A stretch of 62,015 nucleotides of DNA from a virus (taxonomy: Duplodnaviria > Caudoviricetes). Both the position numbers and the translations under genes were made by a program. Positions 39,706 through 47,959 of the stretch are shown in pieces (the first letter of the stretch is position 1; the number at the start of each line of letters is the position of its first letter). Under the pieces are notes generated by a model, which did no database searches, had not been told where the DNA came from, and saw nothing but the letters and a program-made list of their open reading frames with translations. The DNA is taken from the IMG/VR virus record IMGVR_UViG_3300033076_000935, positions 1 to 62,015 of that record. One strand, given 5' to 3'.

Positions 39706-40638
39706 CTAAACCCCTTGTGGGCAGATAGGATTATTTCTAAATACACAGAATCTACAACTATCTTCTGAAGGAGTAGCTATATACTCTTTATCGTAAAAGT
39801 TACCATCTTTATCTAAAGTATCTTCTACAAACTTTTCCATCATACTAATTGCTTCAGCTCTTTTTACCTTTCCGGATGCTGGTTTAAACTCCTGTACCCT
39901 TCTTTGCATAGAAGCAAAATCAGCTTCCATTGGAATCTTTCTTTTTAAGATGTAGTACACAACTTCTATCTTATCGATATCTATATCAAATTGTTTTGAA
40001 AAGAATTCTTTGTATAGAAGTACTTGAGCTATCTTCTTATTATCTTTCTTCACATAATCAGACCATCCTGATGTAGATGTTTTTAAATCAATAATAAACC
40101 ACTTATCTAAAACTTCATCGTAAAGAACAATATCTATTAATCCTTTAAAACATACCCCCGGTCTTAACTCTTGGTATAATAAAGTTTCAATTCCAGCCAA
40201 GTATGTATTCTTAGTTGTAAAATAAACAACTCGTCTTTTCTTAATAAACTCTAAAATAGCAACTCCGTCTTTATGAAAAGAGTCCATCTCTTTCGCATCT
40301 GAGAAGTGTTCATGGCTATACATTGCTTTTTGAGCTTTATATGCTTTTTGCATATTCTCTGTGAGCAATGCTGCTAGATCTAATTCATTAGATTTTTTTA
40401 CAGTATCGTTATAGAGTAACTCTAACCAAGTCTGAATAGTCTCATGCATGGCTGTACCAAATACTGCATGAATTGAAGGTTTATACGGTGCAAGGTTTTT
40501 AACATAAGTTAAATACCATTGCTTAGGGCAAGTTACATAAGAGGTAAGCTGACTATAAGAGATATGTTTATTACTCTTAGACTGCTTTATTTTACTTTCT
40601 CTTACTAAACTTACTCCTTTAGGGAGTTTTTTAGCCAT
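39706..40638 (-). CDS. PD-(D/E)XK exonuclease (Cas4/AddB-like, Fe-S Cys)
   Basis: SYSQL...CP, FGTAMH, GLID, IDLKT, CRFC...C. Confidence 0.85.
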   Translation of the reverse strand: MAKKLPKGVSLVRESKIKQSKSNKHISYSQLTSYVTCPKQWYLTYVKNLAPYKPSIHAVFGTAMHETIQTWLELLYNDTVKKSNELDLAALLTENMQKAYKAQKAMYSHEHFSDAKEMDSFHKDGVAILEFIKKRRVVYFTTKNTYLAGIETLLYQELRPGVCFKGLIDIVLYDEVLDKWFIIDLKTSTSGWSDYVKKDNKKIAQVLLYKEFFSKQFDIDIDKIEVVYYILKRKIPMEADFASMQRRVQEFKPASGKVKRAEAISMMEKFVEDTLDKDGNFYDKEYIATPSEDSCRFCVFRNNPICPQGV

Positions 40639-40641
40639 AAC

Positions 40642-40992
40642 TTATTTTTTCCACATATCTCTTTCTACAAGTTGACAGATAATTGCGTAGTTACAAAGAT
40701 CTTGAAATGTATCAGAGATAGATTCGTTTTGAATTGATCGGTTGTTGATGATTAGATTCTTCCAGCGATTAATCTTATCACTCATTCTATACCATAAACC
40801 TGTAAGTGCAAATGTTCGCTCTTCGGTATTTTGTAATTGAGTTCCTGCAGAGATATTCTGCATCCCGTAGTCTAGGTGTTTTTTGCTGAAGAGTTCAAAT
40901 TGCTCTTCTACAATAGCCATATAACCTTGGTAAATTGTAGGATATTCTTCTTTAAGAATTTCACTTGCTTTTCGGTTGTCGTTCTTGCTCAT
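40642..40992 (-). CDS. Nucleotide-modification-associated domain (DUF1599-like)
   Basis: KKHLDYG, R..DK..R, ES..DT..DL.NYAII. Confidence 0.75.
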   Translation of the reverse strand: MSKNDNRKASEILKEEYPTIYQGYMAIVEEQFELFSKKHLDYGMQNISAGTQLQNTEERTFALTGLWYRMSDKINRWKNLIINNRSIQNESISDTFQDLCNYAIICQLVERDMWKK

Positions 40993-41021
40993 AACTTAAT
41001 TATACGAATTTTTTTTTAGAA

Positions 41022-42155
41022 TTACAAATATCTTATTCCATTTTCATCTTCTGAGTTATGTTTATGAACCCAGGCTTCTCTACCATTACTTAGTAGTACT
41101 CTATTTCTGGAAGGTGTTTTCTGTAATATCTTTACAATACGTACTTGTTGTTCTTCAGTAATTTCTTTACCCTGTTCATCTACAATCTTCCAATCCTCTT
41201 CTTTAACTTCTTCTTTAAGTAAGACAGGTTCTTCTTTTGGTTGCTCTACTGGTTTTTCTTGTGGCTCCTCTTCGTCTAATCCATCTGTTAACGTCACATC
41301 CCAAACCTTAATATCATCGTCATATACCTTTTCTCCGTATAAGTTTTCTTTAGGTTTAATTTGTGCAAATGCAAAGTTAGCTGCAATTACTAGAGAGATT
41401 GCTAGAGGGTCAAATACAAAAATTATAACTAAAAGCAGATAGTTAACAACTCTATCCATCGGTACTCCTGTTAATCCGGAAATATACTTTAGAGGGCCTA
41501 ATTCAGTAGCTACCCCACTTCCTGTCTTAGCTTCAACAATTTGATTATCGAGATCAAAAATCTGATCATTAACTTCATCTAATTTAGTGTTCAATGCATC
41601 CTGTCTTGCACTTGAATTACTTAACTGTTTATCTAATACCTTTCTATCTGCTGCTGAAGAAGATTGTATTACGTTACCTTTCTTATCTACGTAACTAGTT
41701 TTATTATTAGCTAATCCGCTTTGGAGGCTTGTAATACCCTGTACAAGTGATTCTTTTTCTTTAGTAAGTAAATCTCTTTGCTGGATATAGTTAGCTTTTT
41801 TTGTCTCTAGTAGAGCAATTTGAGCATCTACTGTGTTAGATCTGTTAGCTGTTGCTTGATATGCTCCGGATAAGAATCCGTAAATACCCATAGAGGTAAT
41901 TAGAATAAGAACTACTGTTGCAATTGCTAAATAGGTTCTTAATACCTTATTGAGACTATCCCAATATTGGTACAAAAGAGAGGCTATGACTAGCTTAGAT
42001 ACTTCTAAGGATGCTGCCATAACCATAACCTCTGTTGAAGCACCAGCAAAAAGCTTACCGAGACCTGATACTGAATAAAAGGCCGCCGATAAGCTAACTG
42101 ATAATGCTGATAATGCTATAATAAAAGGGAAAATACCTTTACGTAAACGTTCCAT
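41022..42155 (-). CDS. Multi-TM coiled-coil membrane protein
   Basis: SAAFYS..GL..LF, LE..K, TSMGIYGFLS, ELGPLKY, IIFVFDPLA. Confidence 0.75.
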   Translation of the reverse strand: MERLRKGIFPFIIALSALSVSLSAAFYSVSGLGKLFAGASTEVMVMAASLEVSKLVIASLLYQYWDSLNKVLRTYLAIATVVLILITSMGIYGFLSGAYQATANRSNTVDAQIALLETKKANYIQQRDLLTKEKESLVQGITSLQSGLANNKTSYVDKKGNVIQSSSAADRKVLDKQLSNSSARQDALNTKLDEVNDQIFDLDNQIVEAKTGSGVATELGPLKYISGLTGVPMDRVVNYLLLVIIFVFDPLAISLVIAANFAFAQIKPKENLYGEKVYDDDIKVWDVTLTDGLDEEEPQEKPVEQPKEEPVLLKEEVKEEDWKIVDEQGKEITEEQQVRIVKILQKTPSRNRVLLSNGREAWVHKHNSEDENGIRYL

Positions 42156-42168
42156 AACTTTTTCTATA

Positions 42169-42579
42169 TTATTTTACTAATAGTAACAATCCTGCAACAA
42201 GTCCACCGTATGTACCGAACTTGTAGAAGAATACTCGTCTGTTAGATGCTTTTAATGCTTTCTCTAATTCTTTAGATAAGTTCTTTTGTAAAGTAAATTG
42301 CTCATCTTTTCTTAAGATGATTTCATTCAAATTATCAATCTTCTTATCTTTAACGACAATTATACTATCCTTTAGAGATACTTTTTGTTCTGTTGCTGAT
42401 AGAACTTCCTGTAAATGAGCGATCTCCTGATGAGCACCATCTCCTTTAATCAAATCCTTAATTACGAGACGTGCTATCGGCTTTCGCAGTTGAATCGCTG
42501 ATGTGTCCTTTGTAACGTTCTGTGAAAAAACGCTCAAGCTCGTCATCAGTGTAAGAATCAACATACTTAACTTTTTCAT
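42169..42579 (-). CDS. Secreted coiled-coil protein with C-terminal hydrophobic anchor (spanin-like)
   Basis: Signal peptide ending FSQ; overlaps the upstream gene by 122 nt; follows the endolysin. Confidence 0.45.
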   Translation of the reverse strand: MKKLSMLILTLMTSLSVFSQNVTKDTSAIQLRKPIARLVIKDLIKGDGAHQEIAHLQEVLSATEQKVSLKDSIIVVKDKKIDNLNEIILRKDEQFTLQKNLSKELEKALKASNRRVFFYKFGTYGGLVAGLLLLVK

Positions 42580-42841
42580 GTGTTTCTTGTTTAATTGATA
42601 CTATTTTGTCTTTTAAGCTCAAGATCTTATCTTCTTGTGCTATCAATTCTTCTTCATACCCGGCTACTTGTACGTCTAAGTGTTCGTTCTCTACATATAT
42701 AGAATCTACTTCATGTTGTAAAGAATCAATCTTAACTTCGTACGCCTTAACATCCACCTTATGAGATGTCGATGTGAAGAAAAGGATATAAGCGGCAAGT
42801 GCCGCTATGATCCCGATTAAGGTAATGGTTAGTTTATTCAT
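42458..42841 (-). CDS. i-spanin-like N-anchored coiled-coil protein
   Basis: N-terminal TM helix plus coiled coil, directly after the endolysin. Confidence 0.45.
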   Translation of the reverse strand: MNKLTITLIGIIAALAAYILFFTSTSHKVDVKAYEVKIDSLQHEVDSIYVENEHLDVQVAGYEEELIAQEDKILSLKDKIVSIKQETHEKVKYVDSYTDDELERFFTERYKGHISDSTAKADSTSRN

Positions 42842-42893
42842 TATTTAACCTTTTATTAATGTACGAAAAATTACTCTAACGAGCAACTTTTTC

Positions 42894-43508
42894 TTATGCT
42901 TTTACGTATTCGTAGAATTTTAACGTTTTAGCTTTTCTATCGTCTAATCCATGGGTACCACCATTAACTCTTTTTGTAAGAGCTAAGATAGCAGCTTCGT
43001 TCACACCTTGGTCACAGATTGACCATAATTTATTCTTTTCGAAGAAGAATAATGCTGAATCAAATGAATAATCAGTTGCTACTAAATCCGGGTTAGTCAT
43101 GATTTCTGGCTTACCGATATGTTTAGCAAATTCTGCGTAATTACTCTTACCTGTCAATTGGATAGCTCCACGACCACGGTATTTCCAACCATCACCACTT
43201 GCTTCATTACCGTTACCCATTCTATCAGCGTAAACGCGGTTAGCAATTTTTTCTGGATTACGTGCATAAGATTCTTCTAAGTTACCTGGGAAGTATTTTC
43301 CAAAGATACCCTGTAAACCTTGTGCTGAGTAGTTTAAGTTCTCGTTATAAACTTTGAAATCACCTGTCTCATGTCCTGTTTGAGCAAAGAAGTGTGCCGC
43401 TCTAACTGGAGTAAGATTAAAATGTTTCATAGCAGCTTTCATAGTACCTGGACCAAAAGCGCCGTCGGCTGCAATGCCTAACTTTGTCTGTAATGCTTTT
43501 AAACTCAT
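42894..43508 (-). CDS. GH19 endolysin with peptidoglycan-binding N-terminus
   Basis: ADGAFGPGT; FFAQTGHET, ENLNYS, YRGRGAIQLTG..NY, NGG.HGL. Confidence 0.92.
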   Translation of the reverse strand: MSLKALQTKLGIAADGAFGPGTMKAAMKHFNLTPVRAAHFFAQTGHETGDFKVYNENLNYSAQGLQGIFGKYFPGNLEESYARNPEKIANRVYADRMGNGNEASGDGWKYRGRGAIQLTGKSNYAEFAKHIGKPEIMTNPDLVATDYSFDSALFFFEKNKLWSICDQGVNEAAILALTKRVNGGTHGLDDRKAKTLKFYEYVKA

Positions 43509-43525
43509 TGTTTTTTAAAATTTAA

Positions 43526-43768
43526 TTATTCTTGTTCTTGATTTTCTTTTTTACCGAAGATTTTACCAACCTCTGCGATACCGAATGCACCCAATGTAAT
43601 GTATACAAATGAGTTGAAAATGATTGGTTCAATTACTAATGGGTTTCCTAAGAAGCCTGTGATAATATCTGCTGCTGCAAACACTACCATTACTGCAAAT
43701 GATGCAAAACCAACGATTGATTTTTCGTTGTAATCGTTACTGTCTTTAAAAATGTCTTTAAATGCCAT
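43526..43768 (-). CDS. Putative holin (2 TM)
   Basis: Two TM helices, charged C-terminus, immediately upstream of the endolysin. Confidence 0.55.
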   Translation of the reverse strand: MAFKDIFKDSNDYNEKSIVGFASFAVMVVFAAADIITGFLGNPLVIEPIIFNSFVYITLGAFGIAEVGKIFGKKENQEQE

Positions 43769-43849
43769 AGCTTTAAATTTTGTTAAGTGATTAAGCTACA
43801 ACCACACGAAATGTGCTTACTAGGAAACCTTCTTTGATATAAATAGGCC

Positions 43850-43925
43850 AAAAACAAAAGGGGCACGAATTTAATCGTAACCCCTCTGTAAAAAGCCAGA
43901 GTCAGCTCCTACCCCTCCTCTGGCA
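43850..43925 (-). terminator. Tandem intrinsic terminators
   Basis: GCCAGAG...CTCTGGC-TTTTT, then GGGG..ACGA-TTAAAT-TCGT..CCCC-TTTTGTTTTT. Confidence 0.6.
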
Positions 43926-43936
43926 ATATTTTAAAT

Positions 43937-44161
43937 TTAAGCGTTCAGATCTTTGATCTCTTTTGGTAGGAATTCAGTGTTTACATGGCCGCAGGCCTTG
44001 CAAGCGAAAACTGGAATTGGTACATATGTTGGTACTCCTGTTCCTGTTAATAATCCTGATGCCATTCTAAGATGTAGGATTTGTTCAAAAAACACTCCCT
44101 CGCATTTTTCGCAAGTTACCGGAGATGTTTGATCTAAACCAATGTTTAGTTGTTGTTGCAT
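43937..44161 (-). CDS. Zinc-ribbon protein
   Basis: CEKC...CKACGH. Confidence 0.7.
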   Translation of the reverse strand: MQQQLNIGLDQTSPVTCEKCEGVFFEQILHLRMASGLLTGTGVPTYVPIPVFACKACGHVNTEFLPKEIKDLNA

Positions 44162-44162
44162 A

Positions 44163-44441
44163 TTACTTTACTGCTTTTTTAGAAGACTTAGTACGTACCG
44201 GGCCTTCGTTAGATGATTCTTTCTTTTTTCTTGGCGCGGATTTTTTCTTAGGAGTCTCTGCTTTCTCTACTTCGGCTTGCGCAGCTTTTTGAATTTGAGA
44301 AGCTTCGTCTAATGCTTGTTTTGCTTTTTCAAGCTTTTCGGTGAAAGTTAATTCGTTTTCTACCGGCTTTTCTGCTGTTTTCTTGAGATAGATGAATCCA
44401 CCGATGAAGAGGATTGCTGCTAAAATTACAATAATTGTCAT
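44163..44441 (-). CDS. Membrane-anchored protein with Lys-rich tail
   Basis: N-terminal TM helix, basic low-complexity C-terminus. Confidence 0.6.
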   Translation of the reverse strand: MTIIVILAAILFIGGFIYLKKTAEKPVENELTFTEKLEKAKQALDEASQIQKAAQAEVEKAETPKKKSAPRKKKESSNEGPVRTKSSKKAVK

Positions 44442-44483
44442 GGTTTTTTAAATTGATTGTTTATATAAATAGTTAACTTGGTT

Positions 44484-44981
44484 TTAAAACTTTGGTACCG
44501 GGGTTGGCATGATTTTAAATCTACCGTCCATATACTCATAAAATGAATATAAATCCCCCTCCCATTCCATCATCAAATCCTCCACCTCTTCTCTTGTCAC
44601 TCTATAATATCTTGTGAACTCTCTTATCAATTCGGCCAATTTATTCTTCTCTTCTTTCTCATGATCCTCCATCAACCTCTTTCTACGAGCACGCATTAAA
44701 GACGATTCCTCCACCCACTTCCCGTAATCCGGATTCATTTTATCCCACATATCGTTCAAGTCATGTTCACATAACTCGGCTTGATACTTCCAATGAGGGT
44801 AGTCATAATCTCCGTTCTTAATCTTATCCGAAATATGTGCTCTCGGAGATAAGGCTTTACTGGTCGATTCATACATCCTCCACCAAGTAAACGGGTTATA
44901 ATTCAATTTTCGTAGTCCTTTAAGCTTTGTACCAAGGAGCTGCTCACGGGTGTGAGTTGGGTTGTACATCTTCTTATTCAT
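44484..44981 (-). CDS. Hypothetical protein
   Basis: 165-aa ORF with its own class A promoter. Confidence 0.65.
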   Translation of the reverse strand: MNKKMYNPTHTREQLLGTKLKGLRKLNYNPFTWWRMYESTSKALSPRAHISDKIKNGDYDYPHWKYQAELCEHDLNDMWDKMNPDYGKWVEESSLMRARRKRLMEDHEKEEKNKLAELIREFTRYYRVTREEVEDLMMEWEGDLYSFYEYMDGRFKIMPTPVPKF

Positions 44982-45105
44982 AGTATAAAGATACGAAAAA
45001 TAATGTTAAGATCCTACTAAAAAATGTCCGGAAATACTTCCATATTCGCGCGGGTCACCTTCGGTGAAGAGAGGGACAGACGCCCCCCTGCTTCCCCTTC
45101 CGGTC

Positions 45106-46728
45106 TTACATCATTCCGCCAAAGTCGTTCTTCTCTTCTTTATCTTTCTTGATATTCGAGATAACTGCTTCGGTTAGTAAGATTGTACCTGCTACTGATG
45201 CGGCATTCTCTAATGCTAAACGAGTTACTTTAGCAGGATCGATAATACCTTCTTGGAACATATTTACAATCTTACCTGTACGTGGATTATATCCCATCCA
45301 ACCGTCATTAGCTTTCTCTAAATTATTAAGTACCTCTGCAATTTCTTCGTTAGCATATCCTGCATTTTGTAAGATCTTGATAAACGGCTTACGACAAGCT
45401 AATTTAACAAACTGGATACCTAATGCTTGTGATGGATGTGTTACTTCGATCTCTGCAGAATCTAACATCTTAGATGCGTTTAATAATGCAATACCACCTC
45501 CAGGTAAAATACCTTCTTCTAAAGCAGCTCTAGTAGCGTGTAAAGCATCGTCTACACGATCTTTTTTCTCTTTCATCTCTACTTCAGTATGTCCACCTAC
45601 GTGTACAATTGCTACACCTCCGATAAACTTACCTAAACGGTCTTGTAAATTCTCTTTTTCAAAAGGTGATTTAGATTCTTCAATTTGAGTTTTTAACTCT
45701 TCTACACGTTGCTTAATCTTTTCTTCATCTCCGGAAGCATCAATAATAGTAGTTGTTTCTTTACCTACTGTTACTTTCTTAGCTTTACCTAACCAATCAG
45801 GATTAAACTTCTCTAACTTCATTCCTTTCTCTGTAGAGATTACCTGTCCACCAGTTAATACTGCAATATCTTCTAAGATAGCTTTTTTACGATCTCCAAA
45901 TTCAGGAGCTTTAACAGCTACACATGATAGGATACCTCTCATTTTATTAACTACTAAGGTAGATAACGCCTCTCCGTCAATATCATCTGCAATGATTAAT
46001 AGAGACTTATTCTGTGAAGAACATGCTTCTAATACAGGGAGTAACTCTTTAACAGAATTTAATCGCTTGTCTGTGATTAAGATCAACGGACTTTGAAGAA
46101 CGGCTTGCATAGTGCTATTGTCTGTTACAAAGTACGGGGACTTATAACCTCTGCCGAATTGCATACCTTCTACTGTTTCCAGATAGGTTTCTCCGGTACG
46201 TGATTCCTCGATTGTAACAACTCCATCTCGACCAACCTTGTCCATGGCAGTGGAAATTAACTCACCTACTTCGGTGTCGTTGTTGGCTGAGATAGTAGCA
46301 ACCTGTTTAAGCTGCTCTTCGTCCGTGATTTCTTCAGAGCGTTCAGCTAAGTAATCCACAACAGCGGATACTGCTTTATCTACTCCTCTTTTAATCTCTA
46401 CTACATTATCTGTATCGTCAATTGGTGAATTAGCGATTGAATAAGCTAATAAGGTAGATGTTGTCGTACCATCACCTGCTTCTTCTGCTGTTTTAATTGA
46501 CGCTTGTTTTACTAACTGTGCTCCAATGTTTGGAACTCTTTCTTCTAATTCAATAGCTTTTGCTACTGTAACACCATCTTTAGTTGAAACAGGATTACCC
46601 ATTTCTTGTTCGATGATAACGTTACGTCCTGATGGACCTAATGTCGCTACAACTGCATCAGCTAATTGTTTAACTCCTGATAATAATTCTTCACGAGCTT
46701 CTTTTGAATATGATACTTTCTTTTCCAT
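45106..46728 (-). CDS. groEL: Chaperonin GroEL
   Basis: TLGP.GRNV, TKDGVTVAK, AGDGTTT, GMQF..GY.SPYF, GIIDP.KV.R.AL. Confidence 0.97.
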   Translation of the reverse strand: MEKKVSYSKEAREELLSGVKQLADAVVATLGPSGRNVIIEQEMGNPVSTKDGVTVAKAIELEERVPNIGAQLVKQASIKTAEEAGDGTTTSTLLAYSIANSPIDDTDNVVEIKRGVDKAVSAVVDYLAERSEEITDEEQLKQVATISANNDTEVGELISTAMDKVGRDGVVTIEESRTGETYLETVEGMQFGRGYKSPYFVTDNSTMQAVLQSPLILITDKRLNSVKELLPVLEACSSQNKSLLIIADDIDGEALSTLVVNKMRGILSCVAVKAPEFGDRKKAILEDIAVLTGGQVISTEKGMKLEKFNPDWLGKAKKVTVGKETTTIIDASGDEEKIKQRVEELKTQIEESKSPFEKENLQDRLGKFIGGVAIVHVGGHTEVEMKEKKDRVDDALHATRAALEEGILPGGGIALLNASKMLDSAEIEVTHPSQALGIQFVKLACRKPFIKILQNAGYANEEIAEVLNNLEKANDGWMGYNPRTGKIVNMFQEGIIDPAKVTRLALENAASVAGTILLTEAVISNIKKDKEEKNDFGGMM

Positions 46729-47024
46729 TATGATTCTTTTACGGTTGCTAAAATTTCTCTGTCTTGTGTGATGTAATACTCATCTCCTTCAAATTCAATA
46801 CGAATTGTTCCGATTTTCGGTACCAATACGATGTCGCCTACTTTAGCGTTTACTCGAATATACTGTCCAAATTCAGACTGACGTCCAGGTCCTACAGCAA
46901 TTACTTTACCCATTTCAGGACGTTCTTTACCCATATCCGGGATTACAATATTACCGTACATTTGCTCATCTTCTTCGATAGGTTGAATAAGCACACGGTC
47001 ATTTTGAGGTTCTAATACTTTCAT
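46728..47024 (-). CDS. groES: Co-chaperonin GroES
   Basis: P.NDRVL, G.IVIPD..KE.P, VIAVGPG. Confidence 0.95.
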   Translation of the reverse strand: MKVLEPQNDRVLIQPIEEDEQMYGNIVIPDMGKERPEMGKVIAVGPGRQSEFGQYIRVNAKVGDIVLVPKIGTIRIEFEGDEYYITQDREILATVKES

Positions 47025-47097
47025 GATGTTTATAACTTGTTTAATAAATTTAATATACGAAATAAAACTTTAAAATCAAACTCTAGGGCTGAGTTTT

Positions 47098-47505
47098 TTA
47101 CTTAATTTTTAAAGTTTTTGGTTTAGCTTTTTCCGAAACAGGAATAGCGATTTCTAGCAAACCATTTTCAAGTTTAGCTTCTGCTTTACTTAAGTCATAC
47201 TTTGCTGAAATCTTATACCCTAAATCGAATGAACGTCTTGCTAGACCTCTATGGATTGTACCAGGATGTAATGTGTCGTCTTCTTCTGGTTTTTTATAAC
47301 TAATTTTAAGAATATCTTCTTCGATATTCACTTTTACATCTTCCTTTGTAAGACCGGTACATGCGACTTCGAAGTGAAGTTTGTCGTCGGTGTAGAAAAT
47401 GTTTAAGGGGTGTGGTTGTTTTGCCGTTGCGGCCGAAAGGAATCCACTTGTTGGGTGGAAAAAATTGTGGAATAAAATGTCGAATTCATTGAAATTTGTA
47501 CTCAT
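47098..47505 (-). CDS. Small heat-shock protein Hsp20
   Basis: HRGLARRSF, A.LENGLLEI. Confidence 0.9.
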   Translation of the reverse strand: MSTNFNEFDILFHNFFHPTSGFLSAATAKQPHPLNIFYTDDKLHFEVACTGLTKEDVKVNIEEDILKISYKKPEEDDTLHPGTIHRGLARRSFDLGYKISAKYDLSKAEAKLENGLLEIAIPVSEKAKPKTLKIK

Positions 47506-47596
47506 TTGATTTACAGTTTGTGAGGTCCTAAGATCCTCGGGTTTAACATTTGGTTAATATAACTACTCGCCCTAGAGTCGATTTAATATAAATATC

Positions 47597-47959
47597 TTAC
47601 TTCCAGAAAACCTGTACACCTATAATAGCACTTGCTAAAATTAAGCATACAAACGTCTTAGGTGTTACTTGTTCATTGAAGAGAAAATAACTCATTACGT
47701 AGAATACAATTATACCTATTCCAAATCCAATTAAACGACTTGGCCAGATCTCTCCATTAAAAGCTGCTACAAACTTCTCTACCGATTTAATGAATAGTAT
47801 AGAAATTGGTACAGCTGCAGCTAAGACTAAAAACGGGTACTTAGCATACCAGTTCCATTTTATGTTTCCTTGGAGTTGTAGGAACGTTATAATCTGTGCT
47901 AACGTTCCGTACAATGCTCCTTCTAGTAATAATTTATACATATTAATTTTAGTGCCCAT
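47597..47959 (-). CDS. Small 4-TM membrane protein
   Basis: Hydrophobic helices, DMT-like size. Confidence 0.6.
   Translation of the reverse strand: MGTKINMYKLLLEGALYGTLAQIITFLQLQGNIKWNWYAKYPFLVLAAAVPISILFIKSVEKFVAAFNGEIWPSRLIGFGIGIIVFYVMSYFLFNEQVTPKTFVCLILASAIIGVQVFWK

Noticed and set aside
39706-40638. Cas4-like nuclease as evidence of a CRISPR-Cas system
   Set aside because: No repeat-spacer array or other cas genes are visible; stand-alone Cas4-like exonucleases are common in phages.
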